The notes: generated by a model from the sequence alone, not told the origin. Positions 44,058-56,189 are shown, counted from the first letter of the stretch. The stretch: 64,000 nt of DNA from Nematocida ausubeli (GCF_000738915.1 NW_026515634.1:599156-663155); one strand, 5' to 3'. Made by a program: numbers and translations.

Positions 44058-45293
44058 CTAAAAAATATCAGCATCTGAGAAATCTTCAACTTCTGATGCA
44101 TTTTCACCCATCTCCATCTTATACCGAAGGATCCCTCCAATGCCATTGAATGCAGATATGAACTGTGTTCCTTCCTGACTCTTATCAGAAATAAATACGA
44201 CACTGCAATTTACCTTTCTGTAGTTCTCTGCCAGCCAGTCTGTTAGAAGTTCACCTTCATTTGACTCTGCTGCGTATGTGACAGAGCCTTCCCTCTCTAT
44301 CCTTCGTACAGTAGAGGCTTCATCTATAATTAGCACCTCCATACAGCCCATATCCAGGCAGGACATGGTCTCTTCAATGCCAAAGCATACCTTCCCGGAG
44401 CCAGAGACAACTTCATCAAAGAACGACTTAATTGTCTTTTTCTCAGTGACAAGTTTCAGGTTCTGCAGGACCTCTTCGGCTTGCTCTATTGCCTGGTTTA
44501 GTCCATTCTCTCCTCCATATGCCACATCAATGATCTTAGCCACTTTTGCCTTTAGGCGCTGGTCAAAGAAGTCTGCCTGATTCAGATCGTACTTAAAGTC
44601 TGCACATCCAGCCAGGATCAGGCCGTGTATATTTGGCTTGTTATTGGAGATGAATACTTGAGTAGCAATTTCACTGACTTTTTTAAGGTAATTATGTCTT
44701 TTCTCCAATCTAAGTCTAGCAAAACGGACAGAAGACTGTCCACCACGACCGTGCTTTTTAGGCAGATCTACAGATATATTCTGCTTGATCTCTTTGGAGT
44801 TCCCAGAGAGAACTGCGAAAAGGGCACCGTGCCCATCCATCACAATAAACCCAAATTTATAGTCATCTTCCAACGAATTTATCAAATCTTCCACATGAAA
44901 TTTACTGTCACAGAGGTAGAGGGATGTGTTAATGGGCTTCAATGGCTCAATGTCAAAGCAAACCTTCTTTTCCTTTCCAGAGTCTTCAAGAATTGTTCCT
45001 GTATACAGGGCCAGACCATTATCTGGGACCTTTGGAATGAGTTTTAGTCTTTGCTGGGCTGAAGTAATTGCCCCAAGCACACTCAGTCTGTTTACTCTGC
45101 TTTTTATGTTTGAGGCAGTTCCGTACTCGTCTATCAGAAGCTTGTTCGCTCTTGAAACTTGATCTTTCGGGGGAAGAATCAAAGATATCATGGAAGTACC
45201 ATTTCCCTTTGCATTCTGCAGGTACTTCAGAAGCTTTTTCATCTTCCATCTTTCTACTTCTAACTGTTCAGCTGTTTGCTGGTCTTTTTCCAT
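44058..45293 (-). CDS. SUP45: Eukaryotic release factor 1
   Basis: GTSMIS, TASNIKS, YLCDSKF, GRGGQS. Confidence 0.97.
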   Translation of the reverse strand: MEKDQQTAEQLEVERWKMKKLLKYLQNAKGNGTSMISLILPPKDQVSRANKLLIDEYGTASNIKSRVNRLSVLGAITSAQQRLKLIPKVPDNGLALYTGTILEDSGKEKKVCFDIEPLKPINTSLYLCDSKFHVEDLINSLEDDYKFGFIVMDGHGALFAVLSGNSKEIKQNISVDLPKKHGRGGQSSVRFARLRLEKRHNYLKKVSEIATQVFISNNKPNIHGLILAGCADFKYDLNQADFFDQRLKAKVAKIIDVAYGGENGLNQAIEQAEEVLQNLKLVTEKKTIKSFFDEVVSGSGKVCFGIEETMSCLDMGCMEVLIIDEASTVRRIEREGSVTYAAESNEGELLTDWLAENYRKVNCSVVFISDKSQEGTQFISAFNGIGGILRYKMEMGENASEVEDFSDADIF

Positions 45294-45665
45294 TTATAAT
45301 AAAAAAACCCAGAAGTTTTAAAGAGTCTACAGTAGATGAAAATATTAAAAGACAAAAGACCAAGTGAAACAGAAGTACACAAGACAAAGACAACAAGATT
45401 ATCTCATTTATTTCCAATTTAATATATTGTAGTACAGGAATATTAAGTAAATATTAACTGCCATTTATAAAGACACAAATTAAATCTGTGCTCAGAGGTT
45501 GCTACAAGAATATCCAGTGTATTACATCTTATGGACTATAATTCCCCATAGTATTAGACATATCTCCATAGTTTCTGAATATTTTGTAATTTATTGTAAT
45601 TTATAGTAGTAGACGTAATTATATGTGAAATTATCTACTGTAAGAGTGAGTGAATATTAAAGAAT

Positions 45666-45796
45666 ATACCAGAAATAGACCAAGAATAGACCAGAAATAG
45701 ACCAGAAATAGACCAAGAATACACTAAAAATACACTAGGAATACACCAAGAATAGAATAAAAATACACCAGAAACACACCAGAAATACACTAGAAA
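45666..45796. repeat. Degenerate 11-bp minisatellite (TAGACCAGAAA/TACACCAGAAA)
   Basis: Direct inspection; about a dozen imperfect units. Confidence 0.8.
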
Positions 45797-46092
45797 TAAC
45801 CCGAATTACTGTGTACTTATGCAGCATAAATACTAGACTTAAATATACGACAGTCTCTGTAGTACTACAGTAGTATTAAAGTGCACAATAAAAAGAGTCA
45901 AGAAATTAAGAAAATATCCAGGTGCTGCTGAATATATGCATTCTAATAAGATATGACTAATTTCTAGTAAGTATTTAATGGATTATGACAAGATACAGAT
46001 TTCTTGCAGAAAAGTGAATTTTTCCCTTAAGACTGTACTTTGTGAATTCCAGTGCACGTATATGGTGCTCCTTGAATGAAAATATTTTTCAG

Positions 46093-47193
46093 ATGAGCGT
46101 AGTCGAGAAAATTAAAGAAATAGAGAATGAGATGGCAAGAACCCAAAAGAACAAAGCAACAGCAAATCACTTGGGACTTCTGAAGGCCAAATTAGCAAAG
46201 CTAAGAAGAGAAATTCTCACACCAAGAAGCAGTGGAGGATCCACAGGAGAAGGATTTGACGTAGCAAAGACAGGAGTAGCAAGAATTGGCTTTGTAGGAT
46301 TTCCTTCTGTTGGGAAAAGTACTATAATGACAAAATTAACAGGAACTTACAGTGCAGTAGCAGACTATGAGTTCACTACGCTTACTACTGTCCCAGGAAT
46401 ACTCCATTATAACGGAGCAAAAGTCCAGATACTTGACCTTCCGGGTATCCTAGAAGGAGCCAAAGACGGAAGAGGAAGAGGAAGGCAAGTGATTGCTGTA
46501 GCCCGTACTTGCACACTAATCTACATTGTGCTAGACATAACAAAGCCCCTTACAAACAAAAGAAAGATAGAGATGGAGCTAGAAGGGTTTGGAATTCGTC
46601 TGAATAAATCACCCCCTGATATTACACTCTCAAAGAGAGACAGAGGAGGTGTAAATATACGGTCAACCTGCAGACTCACCCACTTAGATGAAGAAGGCAT
46701 AAAAATGATATTTAAGGAGTACAGGATACTAAACATAGATGTCATGTTCCGGTGCGATGCCACAGCAGATGACCTGATCGATGTGATAGAAGGGAACAGA
46801 GTGTACATTCCTGCAGTGTACATTCTCAACAAGATAGACAGCATCTCCTATGAAGAGTTGGAAATAGTCAGTCAGTTAAAGGATTCAGTCCCTGTCTGTG
46901 CAGACAGAGGATGGAATTTGGATGAAATATTAGAAGCATCCTGGGAGAAATTGAGACTAATAAGAGTCTATGCTAAGCCAAGGGGACAGCTGCCTGATTA
47001 CAGCACACCAATTGTCATGCGTGAAGGAAAGTGCAGCATAAAGGACTTCTGTAACTCAATCCACAGAGGCATAATGAGCGAGTTTAAAAATGCAATTGTC
47101 TGGGGGAATAGTGTTAAACATGTCCCACAGAGAGTAGGAAAGGAGCATATTTTAGTAGATGAAGATGTAGTGCAGATCGTAAAGAAGAGGTAG
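46093..47193 (+). CDS. DRG1: Developmentally regulated GTP-binding protein DRG1/Rbg1
   Basis: [34 protein letters not shown] and C-terminal TGS domain; ATG 46093. Confidence 0.95.
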   Translation: MSVVEKIKEIENEMARTQKNKATANHLGLLKAKLAKLRREILTPRSSGGSTGEGFDVAKTGVARIGFVGFPSVGKSTIMTKLTGTYSAVADYEFTTLTTVPGILHYNGAKVQILDLPGILEGAKDGRGRGRQVIAVARTCTLIYIVLDITKPLTNKRKIEMELEGFGIRLNKSPPDITLSKRDRGGVNIRSTCRLTHLDEEGIKMIFKEYRILNIDVMFRCDATADDLIDVIEGNRVYIPAVYILNKIDSISYEELEIVSQLKDSVPVCADRGWNLDEILEASWEKLRLIRVYAKPRGQLPDYSTPIVMREGKCSIKDFCNSIHRGIMSEFKNAIVWGNSVKHVPQRVGKEHILVDEDVVQIVKKR

Positions 47194-47598
47194 TTTATTC
47201 TGACACCTTCATATTATCCCAGTACAAGGACTGCAGTGCCCCAGAAATAAAGAAATAAATGGTCTTTCCCATAATTATCTCTCTTATTCAATTATTTGCA
47301 TATTCCATGGAATGAACTTCTCCTGGATATATTTCTGCCTGGTGAATTCCCATTGACTTATTTCTTTTGTTCTTTCTGTACTCCAGTCTCTCGTGTTTAA
47401 TTTGTATTTTTATTTTGATTTCAGATAGTTTTTTTGTTTTATGGATGCCTTCTTATCTGGTGTAGTTTTGACAGGCAGTGCTCCCTGGGTGACTGCAGAT
47501 TCATTCGCATGTCAAGTGGCTTGCCTTGTGATTGGCTATTTTGCAAGGAGCCAGACTTGGAATTTTTATTTACTCCAAAAAGTTTTAGAATTTTACTC

Positions 47599-48243
47599 AT
47601 GACGGGGAAGCCACTCACCAAAGGACTCGGCGGCAGGAAATATGCGGTTGATGGATGGGACATGGGAAGAATGCTGAAATTCATACAGCAGGAGGCCGAG
47701 CAGAAGGCGCAAGAGATAAAAATAAAAGCCAATGAGGACTATCGTCTGAAAGTCTCTGAACTAGCTGTAAGAAGTGTACAGAAAATAAACAGAGAGAAAG
47801 AAGAGGAGATGCACAAGATACACATGGAAAGAATCATAGCAGAAGGAAAATTAAGAGCAAAAGCAAGCCTAGGAATAGCCAAGCAGAAAGAGCACACAAT
47901 AAACAAAATACAAAGCACAGCAATAGAAAGATGCAAATCACATGCACTCACAGTACAGTTAGCAAAGGAAACAATTCAGAAGTACAGGTTCATCTTCTCA
48001 GAGAAAAAGATGGTAGTGCACGTAAAGGAACAAGACAGAAGTATTGTCGAGGAATTGCTTAAAGATGAAAACTATAAGATAGAGGCACTCCATGAGAGTA
48101 TGCTGGGTGGAATTGTTATTCGAGATGAAGAGCGTACGGTTCTAGTGAACAACAGTTATTTGGAGAGAATAAGACTTGCAATTCAGAAGATCCAGCCAGT
48201 AGTGCAGAGAGTAGTATTTACTAAGCTAGACAATCCTAAGTAA
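47599..48243 (+). CDS. VMA4: V-type ATPase subunit E
   Basis: MLKFIQQEAEQKAQEIKIKANEDY and LGGIVI...VNNSYLERI. Confidence 0.85.
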   Translation: MTGKPLTKGLGGRKYAVDGWDMGRMLKFIQQEAEQKAQEIKIKANEDYRLKVSELAVRSVQKINREKEEEMHKIHMERIIAEGKLRAKASLGIAKQKEHTINKIQSTAIERCKSHALTVQLAKETIQKYRFIFSEKKMVVHVKEQDRSIVEELLKDENYKIEALHESMLGGIVIRDEERTVLVNNSYLERIRLAIQKIQPVVQRVVFTKLDNPK

Positions 48244-48304
48244 ACAATCTTATCTATACTGTCTTTGTCTTTTATATATTTATAGTCTTTATTGAGAACT
48301 TGAA

Positions 48305-48480
48305 TTGAAGTTAGTCTTTTATATAGTGAAGTTAATCTTTTCTATAGTGAAGTTAGTCTAGTATACAGTAAAGTTAGTCTAATCTACATTTTAGTCCACT
48401 CTGCATTGTTTTAGTCTTGTGCTCAGGTGAAGTTAGTCTATTCTGTAGTGAAATTAGTCTTCTCTACAGTGAAATTGGAC
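48305..48480. repeat. Degenerate tandem repeat (AGTGAAGTTAGTCT core, ~21-bp period)
   Basis: Direct inspection. Confidence 0.7.
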
Positions 48481-49048
48481 TGTGCTATTTCAAGAATCTC
48501 AGAATGCATTGATATAATGAAATAACCCGAATGCCTATAGAATACATTGATATAGTATATAATATTCTGAAATATGGGAATATTTTGTTGTATGCTAATT
48601 GAAATGTACTCTATCCATGTGACTATTCCAGAGAGTGCATTAATAGTCGGATAGTTAATAAATTGACAAGTTTTCATGTCTATTGACTAATTAGGCTGTA
48701 GTATAGTAGATTTGTTTTAATTTGCAGTCTACCATGGATAATATTACAATAGAAGAATATTTCTTGAATTAATCAGTAGTTCATAATAAACTACAGTCTA
48801 AAAAACAATTACTTCAAAGGATTCCAAAAAGAAAGAATAAATAACAGATGGGTCATAGTCGATAATAAATGACAGTACGTCAAAATTCCCTTTGACAGTC
48901 CAATTTATTCCATATTTATTATAAATTTATAAAAATACTTTAAGAAGACATTTATGTTTATTCTACCATAGGAGTAAATGTCATGATAAATTAATGTACT
49001 ATATTGCTAGTGGAATATAGACACATATATTGCTAGTGGAATATCAAG

Positions 49049-49158
49049 TCATTCTTAGTCATATTTAGTAATATTCGGGTTATATTCGGGCTATATTCTT
49101 AATCATTTTTAGTTATATTCTTAGTCATATTTAGTTATATTTTGTCATATTTAGCCAT
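49049..49158. repeat. Degenerate minisatellite (TCATATTTAG/ATTCTTAG units) with two TATTCGGG units
   Basis: Direct inspection. Confidence 0.7.
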
Positions 49159-49564
49159 TCTTAGTTATATTTTGTCAGTTACTTGTGAATTTCCCTGTAG
49201 TATTTAGTAGCATATTACATTCATATTAAACTCCTGGAATATTTAAATTCTTCTGGAATACTTATGTATCAGTGATAGTCTAGATGGAAAACCAAGTCAG
49301 AAGACAAAAATCACCAAGAAATCTGAAAATTACAGATAAGACTAGATTATACTTAGTATACAAGAGTGATATTCCTACCAGGGAATAGTACTAGAGTAAT
49401 TATATGAATTCATCCAGAAAATAAGACATTTTGACCAAATAATCTGATATATTCATATAACCCAAGTGACATATCCATAATAAAGCAATATATGCTGTGA
49501 TTTATGATATAATACATTATAAGATGAAAGATGACATATAAAGATCATTTTTCACACATATATA

Positions 49565-52500
49565 ATGAGAAGGAATTTCAGAGGCATGCAACGTGAAAAG
49601 ACAGAACTATCAAGAATATACACAAGAAATACAGCACAAACCAAGAAAGTGCAGACAAAAGAGTATATATCCAGAGTATTCCAGACTGTAATATTTTTCT
49701 GTATTTTTGTGCAAAGAATATATACAGTAGTACTAGAGGATTTTAAACAAGTTCTGAGTAAGAGTGTTGGAGTAGATAATTGTAAATATATGTATATCAA
49801 TGAGAAGGGTCCCCTTAACCCACTCCGTGGATATCTTATGAATGAGACTGGGTACATCAGTAATAAGAGAAATTATTCCCCAGGGATAGACATTTATGGA
49901 TTTTCCAACTCCATAACAAAGAAAGTCATAGAAGAAGACAATTTAATACCAGAATTAGGCGATAATGAACACATTTATTCTAACATGAAAAACAAGAAAT
50001 TATCAAATTACTTGCAAGAATACCACTTTGCCTTAATGAAGATGTTCCCACGGGAGAATTCAAATGGAAACAAGAAGGGTGGGTGCATTGACTTAATGAG
50101 AATATTTTTAGACCAACCCAATGTTAAATCCCATGTACACCATGTACTTGCATCTTTATTGCTGCTGTCAGAGGGTTTTAATGTGAATATTTCCATTGAG
50201 GATGATGGTTCAAAGAAGATGCTTGTTCTAAGGAAGGCATGCTACTATGAAGAGCACTTTAGAATTAAAATAAACCAAGTAATAGGTCCGGTTAGATCTA
50301 TTATGGATCTGGGTGTATTTTGGACTCATTCAGCTGATATAATTCGTGTGATAGAATTCTTCATTAATTCCGGGAAACCCAAAGAGAACAAGTTTATTAG
50401 GGAGTGTGGCTTTAAAGAGCCAAATTCCTGGGAAGAATTTCAAGAAGGAAAATTCCTAAATAGTCCAGAGACTCTTATACAAGCATATATCTTCAAGTAC
50501 ATTAAGAGTCCAGAAGAAATAATTAAATTCTCCATAGTAGTCTTCAATCTTATGAAGGAGTACATGTTTACTACTGAGAGTATTAGATTATTCAAGGAAA
50601 AAAGAAAAGAAAAAGAATCAAACCCTTCAGTAGTAAAAATATTCAAAAATATCTCCAGAATACATCAATTTAAAGAATTTAAGAAAAAAGTGAAAAACCA
50701 AAGAAAATCAATAGAAAGGATATATTACAAATACTTCACATCCAACTTAGCAGAGAAAGATGGAGCAAAGACAGTTAATGGTTTAATGAAATTCAATTCA
50801 ATCTTGGAAGAAAGCAAAGTAAGCAGGGTTCCCTTTAGAGACTCTTTAAACAGATTTTTTGAAGAGAATATTGACCCTATGAAAGTGTACAACAGGGATA
50901 TAAGCAAAACAGACACCATAAAGACAGAATATGCACCATCTGATGAGGCTGCATTACTTTGTCTTTTTTGCTGCATGGCGTACAACCCAATAACCAGAAA
51001 GTACGAGACCAGTCACATGGGAGATGTCTCAAAGAACTTAGAAGAATTCTTTGCGAACCTAGAGTCCACAAGAACCATAACTGATGAAGCATTTACGAAA
51101 TGGCAGCAAGTTATAAATGGTCTAGACAATGAGGAAGTCATCTACAGGTCAAGCAAGAAGAATAGTCTTATGCCAGGAATATTGAATATGCTTAGTATGC
51201 TGGCTGAAGTAACAGGAAAATATTCAGAGATAAAAGAGAGTATAAAATATATCAGAGAAATGATTCTAAAGCAAGAACCAAATGAGTCACTTAAGAAGAA
51301 GGTGGGTGCTTGTGTGAATGTTTTGTTCTCGCCAATTTTCTCAAAGAAGAATTTCTTTAGTCAAGAAATTACCAATCCCAGTGAAGTAAAGGAAAGGGTA
51401 ACCTACGAGGTAAAAATACTAGTGGAAAATATATCGATTGCAAGGCTGAATAGAAAAGCACCTGAGTTAATGGGAGATATACACATACATTTCCTAGATG
51501 AAAACAAGAGAAAAGAGTGCTTTACATTAAATTTCAGTGACCTTTCAGTGACTGCCACTCTTACACCACCTAAGAACAGTTTTATCCCAATGAATGCAGA
51601 AAGAAGAATTGCGAATTCAATGGATGAAATATCAAGCAGAAGCAATGCATTTACGCACTATTTGATGGCAAATTACATGGCACTAAAGAAGGTTGAAACA
51701 TACACTACCAAGAAATATACTCTAAAGAAGTTAAATAATGCACTAAAACGAGCAATGAACAAAGATGAAATTCAAGTAGATGGACTATTCCTATGTGGAA
51801 GGATATCAAGCCTAAAGGAAAAAGAGACTTTCATCATGAGTATGCTGCATTATACAACAAGTCAGAAGATAACAATTGATAATCCTGTTGTAAGAGTGAT
51901 TTTGAATATGCTTAATACTGAGAATATGTCAGATGGAAGAACTCATAGGAAGCTATTTCCGTTAGTTTTATACACAAATGTATACCAATACAGAACAGAC
52001 ATTGAGAATACTCAGAGTTATTCTGGTGTTCATCTGGCATCACAGATAAAACAAGCACTAAAGGTCTGCAATTATATGCAGAAAATGAGCACTCCAAATA
52101 ATTTAGCGAATTGGCTGCTGATTTACACCAAAATACAAAGAGAAGACTTTAAAAATCTCTTCCAAAAATTAATTTCAGAGATGTCAGATACTGAACGGGA
52201 TGATTTTATAAATTTCATAACGGAAAATGGCAAGAATATCGATCATTTAGATAAGATTTCAAATGGTTTTAAACCCAGGAGAGATGAGAGTGAGGCTTAT
52301 ATGGAAGGAAACTATCTAGATAGTTTCTGGGTGAATTGTTTCGAGATGGCCTGCCAGACCCCAGATAAAAAATACAAAATCATGATAGAATGCATCTCTA
52401 GGCTTGTGGAAATAACGGATAAAATCACAATTTTCAGAGAGTTTTTGCAACTGGATTACCTACAGAATGTACTCGATGGAATAAAATCATTAAAACTAAG

Positions 52501-52612
52501 AATGGGTTATATAGATGGTATATCAAAGGCAAGCAATACCTTCCTAGATAACTATGAGTACTTAATTCAGAAGAGAATTGACAGATGGAACTACTTTGGA
52601 AACCACAAATAA
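49565..52612 (+). CDS. Nematocida large gene family 1-like host-exposed protein
   Basis: N-terminal hydrophobic segment, NEKGPLNPLRGY, HVLASLLLLSEG, FLNSPETLIQAYIF, LLCLFCCMAYNP: motifs I associate with this family from memory, not checked by search. Confidence 0.7.
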   Translation: MRRNFRGMQREKTELSRIYTRNTAQTKKVQTKEYISRVFQTVIFFCIFVQRIYTVVLEDFKQVLSKSVGVDNCKYMYINEKGPLNPLRGYLMNETGYISNKRNYSPGIDIYGFSNSITKKVIEEDNLIPELGDNEHIYSNMKNKKLSNYLQEYHFALMKMFPRENSNGNKKGGCIDLMRIFLDQPNVKSHVHHVLASLLLLSEGFNVNISIEDDGSKKMLVLRKACYYEEHFRIKINQVIGPVRSIMDLGVFWTHSADIIRVIEFFINSGKPKENKFIRECGFKEPNSWEEFQEGKFLNSPETLIQAYIFKYIKSPEEIIKFSIVVFNLMKEYMFTTESIRLFKEKRKEKESNPSVVKIFKNISRIHQFKEFKKKVKNQRKSIERIYYKYFTSNLAEKDGAKTVNGLMKFNSILEESKVSRVPFRDSLNRFFEENIDPMKVYNRDISKTDTIKTEYAPSDEAALLCLFCCMAYNPITRKYETSHMGDVSKNLEEFFANLESTRTITDEAFTKWQQVINGLDNEEVIYRSSKKNSLMPGILNMLSMLAEVTGKYSEIKESIKYIREMILKQEPNESLKKKVGACVNVLFSPIFSKKNFFSQEITNPSEVKERVTYEVKILVENISIARLNRKAPELMGDIHIHFLDENKRKECFTLNFSDLSVTATLTPPKNSFIPMNAERRIANSMDEISSRSNAFTHYLMANYMALKKVETYTTKKYTLKKLNNALKRAMNKDEIQVDGLFLCGRISSLKEKETFIMSMLHYTTSQKITIDNPVVRVILNMLNTENMSDGRTHRKLFPLVLYTNVYQYRTDIENTQSYSGVHLASQIKQALKVCNYMQKMSTPNNLANWLLIYTKIQREDFKNLFQKLISEMSDTERDDFINFITENGKNIDHLDKISNGFKPRRDESEAYMEGNYLDSFWVNCFEMACQTPDKKYKIMIECISRLVEITDKITIFREFLQLDYLQNVLDGIKSLKLRMGYIDGISKASNTFLDNYEYLIQKRIDRWNYFGNHK

Positions 52613-53035
52613 TCAGTCTAATCATTGAAAATAAAGAGATTTCTTTAACCAAATATACACCATCTCAACCTAATATTATTTCTATCTCTCTCATACCATC
52701 TAAATATCCCATTATACCTGCTAATTATTCAGTCATTATTTTTTACTCTCTAAATTTCTTCTATAGTACTAGTACTACAGTAATATTCCCATAAAAATAT
52801 AAAGAAATTTCAATACAAAATAAACACGTATAATACTATGACTAAGAGTAGAATAATTTCCAACCAAAAAGTTAATATATACGAATATTCCCATGAATTA
52901 GTATATTATAACAAGGAAATCCATAATAACCCAATATAACCCAATATAAATCTATAAATATATTTTATAATTACACTAGAGTGACACACTGGAGTATAAA
53001 TTATAATTAAATAAGAAGGAAACTAAAAATATTTT

Positions 53036-54859
53036 ATGAGAAGTCTTTTGGTTATTGACAATGGAACATACGAGTGCAAGGCAGGAATTAAAGAAGAAAT
53101 ACCAAGTATTAGGTTCCGTAACCAAATATACAGACTAAAAGGTAAGGACGGCAGAATATCATATTCTATATCTGCAGTAAAAAAACAAAATACAACACTA
53201 ACACTGAAGAGTATGTTTGATGGCCCAGTTATCTACAATTATGACGTACTAGAAGGAACTATTCAGTCAATATTGAAGGAAATAAAGGGATCCTTGAATG
53301 GGAAGGAAAAACAAGAAATAGATGAATTAGTCATTACAGAGTGCTTTCTTAACCCACAGGTCTTTAAAGACCTTGCTATAGAAAGTATCTTTAATAGATT
53401 TTCATTCAAAACGGTTAGTTTTGGTTATGACTTCATCTATGCTTATGAGTATAATTTAAGGAATAATCCAGGGATGTCCTTACAGAAGGATGGGTTTAAT
53501 AGGGAATTCTGTGATGTGGTTATTAGCATGGGCCATTTAGGCGTATATGTTGTCCCATTGGATCCCATGAAAGAGATGATTTTATCAGAAGAAAGCACTT
53601 ATATGCCACTTGGGAGTCTAGCAGCACAACATATCTTCCATAGAAGCATTGCTAATAAATATTGTGGGTCTGGGGTAAAAGTCCAAAGAGAAGAAGTCTC
53701 AGAGCACTTTAAGGCCATCCGAGTACCCTTAGATTATTTGGAAGAAATTGAAGAAGTTGTTTACGCAGGTACTGGGAACCTTCAGATCCTTCAGAAAACA
53801 GGAAAAGAGAAGGCTAGTGTACCCAGAGTATTCCCAAAAAGAAAACCAACCGTAGAAGATCCAAGAAAAAAGGCAAAAAATCAAGAAGAAATCAAAGACA
53901 CTCACAAGGAAGATGCAGATATAGGGGAATTAGAGCCAGAAAAAGAAGAACTAGAGATAGAAGCAGAAGAAGTCATAGCACTCCTGGAAAAAGCAGAAGC
54001 CACAAAGCCAGAAATCACAACCGAAGAAGAACTAGCAAAGAGACTTAAAAGAGAGAAATTAATAAGAGGTGCAACAGACCACAGGAACAAGCAAAAAGTG
54101 ATAAAATCATTGGAAAGACTAAATCACCATATATTCCTGTTAGAAGACAGGCACCTTCTCATAAATAACCCGTCTGAATTTATAAAACTCAGAAGGAACA
54201 GGCTAGAATACCTTGAGAAAATCATAAAAAAACGAACTTTTGTGAGAAATGAACTGAAAAATAAAAAAAGTCCCCACTCACTTGCCCTCTTGAAGAAGTC
54301 ACTGGAGCAAATAGATGCACCCCAGGAGGACAACATATACTTGCAGGAAATACGCAGTGCATCCTTGGAGGATATTGAAATCCTTGAAGAAATTGAGCAC
54401 TTAGATGGTTTCCTACGGGAAAATGACCCAGAATATGTGGAAAAAGAGGAAAATCCGTTAGATAAAATAAGACATGGATACAAGGAGAAGGGAGGCATAA
54501 ATATTAATGTGGAGTTCATTAGAACAGGAGAAGCCCTCTTTAACCCAGCAATTGTAGGGATAGAGCACCCAGGAATAACAGAAAGTCTCTCTCTCATTAT
54601 GCAAACAAAAGATGTCCGGAATGTATTTATAACAGGAGGATTCAGCCAAATAAAAGGCATAAAGGAAAGAATCCAAAAGGAATTAGTTCCATTAAGGTAT
54701 TTACCAAATGATCCCACCGTAGTATGCGCATTAGACCCAGTAATTGATGCGTACAAAGGGGCCTTCATTAAGTCCCCATACGCCCAGACACTCACCAGAG
54801 ACGACTACATGAAACTCCAAATTGAAAAGACACAAAATGAAGATTCCTCAGAGAAATAA
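53036..54859 (+). CDS. ARP5: Actin-related protein 5 (INO80 complex)
   Basis: VIDNGTYECKAG actin fold start, long charged insertion, EALFNPAIVG, VFITGG, DPVIDAYKGA. Confidence 0.85.
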   Translation: MRSLLVIDNGTYECKAGIKEEIPSIRFRNQIYRLKGKDGRISYSISAVKKQNTTLTLKSMFDGPVIYNYDVLEGTIQSILKEIKGSLNGKEKQEIDELVITECFLNPQVFKDLAIESIFNRFSFKTVSFGYDFIYAYEYNLRNNPGMSLQKDGFNREFCDVVISMGHLGVYVVPLDPMKEMILSEESTYMPLGSLAAQHIFHRSIANKYCGSGVKVQREEVSEHFKAIRVPLDYLEEIEEVVYAGTGNLQILQKTGKEKASVPRVFPKRKPTVEDPRKKAKNQEEIKDTHKEDADIGELEPEKEELEIEAEEVIALLEKAEATKPEITTEEELAKRLKREKLIRGATDHRNKQKVIKSLERLNHHIFLLEDRHLLINNPSEFIKLRRNRLEYLEKIIKKRTFVRNELKNKKSPHSLALLKKSLEQIDAPQEDNIYLQEIRSASLEDIEILEEIEHLDGFLRENDPEYVEKEENPLDKIRHGYKEKGGININVEFIRTGEALFNPAIVGIEHPGITESLSLIMQTKDVRNVFITGGFSQIKGIKERIQKELVPLRYLPNDPTVVCALDPVIDAYKGAFIKSPYAQTLTRDDYMKLQIEKTQNEDSSEK

Positions 54860-54991
54860 AATGAATAAAGCTTTTGTACCAGCATGAACACACATTTAGA
54901 CACAAATTATTTCAGATACTCAGTAGGTTACACCATAGTAACTGTAAATATGCAAATATTCCCGTTTAAATCACTAGATTCAACCAATCTA

Positions 54992-55286
54992 AAAATCACA
55001 AAAGGGGGTGACTAGATAGTCTGGAGATAGTAGTATTTTAGACTCTAATAGGGGTAGTTGTCCAGGGTGTTTTATTAGTATAATCCTGTAGATGTCTTAG
55101 GTAACTGTGACCTGTTGTATACTTGATAAGTGTATTTTTTCTTTCGGACATGTTCCTTCTCTATGGATTGTCCTTACTATCTTACTATTATATAGTCTTA
55201 GTACACGAAGAATTCTTCCAGAAGTTGAATTTATCATAGATGTACTCTTATGGCTTCAGAATAATGAAAGTGGGATTTTTACCATA
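54992..55286 (-). mobile_element. Solo-LTR-like repeat, copy E
   Basis: On the minus strand TATGGTAAAAATCCCACTTTC...CTATATAA...AATAAA...TATCTCCAGACTATCTAGTCACCCCCTTTT. Confidence 0.65.
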
Positions 55287-55382
55287 CTACTATATACTAC
55301 TATATACTAATACACTGTAATACTACTACAATATACAAAATGAACAGATATGGTTTAGTTGTTTATTATGCAAATTCAGGTA

Positions 55383-55997
55383 CTAATCCTGCCTGGTCTT
55401 TACTTCCCGGTGTATTCTCTTACTGGGCATAAGAATAACTGCATCTGAGCCCCAACCAGAGAGTGCATTTCTATCAATTGCATTCAAGAAGGCCTGCATG
55501 GTAGTAGTGAACAAGTCTTCTGCCTCCATGTCTTCCGTGAATAAAACATCTGCAATTCCACTAAGACTCTTTGAAGCTGTCCCGGTTGTTGCAAAGTCAC
55601 CATGCCCAGATACGCACCCTATTAAGTCCATTGTATAAACATGTGGGTTATTCTCTCTGTCAAACCCTGCAATCAATGGAGAGATAAGAAATGGACTAAA
55701 CCTCTTACTGTACAGAATATATGAGAGAAGGGAAGAGAATTCCTTCGGTTCAATTTCTCTTTGCTGACTGAGCTTGAACATAGTCACGTGCTTCCTGAGT
55801 GTTTTGTATAAAACTTGACAGTCTGGTACAAATCCTGTAAGACTCAGGATTATTCTGTCTGTGATCTTATAAAGACGTGTGAAGTTTGAGTGCAATGTAC
55901 TTGCATTATTACCAAACCTCTTGTCTGCTGTGATTACAATTGCATCTTTACCCACCATTGCCAAGGAAGATCCTCCGTAGTATTCTTGTATGGACAT
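55383..55997 (-). CDS. PUP3: 20S proteasome subunit beta-3
   Basis: YYGGSSLAMVGKD, DKRFG, LYSKRFSPF, MDLIGC, DRNALSGWG; ATG 55997. Confidence 0.93.
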   Translation of the reverse strand: MSIQEYYGGSSLAMVGKDAIVITADKRFGNNASTLHSNFTRLYKITDRIILSLTGFVPDCQVLYKTLRKHVTMFKLSQQREIEPKEFSSLLSYILYSKRFSPFLISPLIAGFDRENNPHVYTMDLIGCVSGHGDFATTGTASKSLSGIADVLFTEDMEAEDLFTTTMQAFLNAIDRNALSGWGSDAVILMPSKRIHREVKTRQD

Positions 55998-56189
55998 TAA
56001 TTGGAAAAATAACAAAATATTTGAAAGTGAAGAAATTAAAATATTTTCAGCCAAAAGGAAAAACCCTAATAAGACCAGAGTATACTATAGAAGGGAAGAT
56101 CAAAGTGATAGAAATATTCCTTCTTGTTCTTTCTAGTTTATCAATTGATCACTTGGGAATACATAAATTTGAAAAATTTTATAAGACCC

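Noticed and set aside
44058..45293. Variant genetic code suggested by the MLH1 TGA
   Set aside because: eRF1 GTS, NIKS and YxCxxxF motifs are standard, and TGA ends other conserved genes (TFB5, PUS7, APC10).
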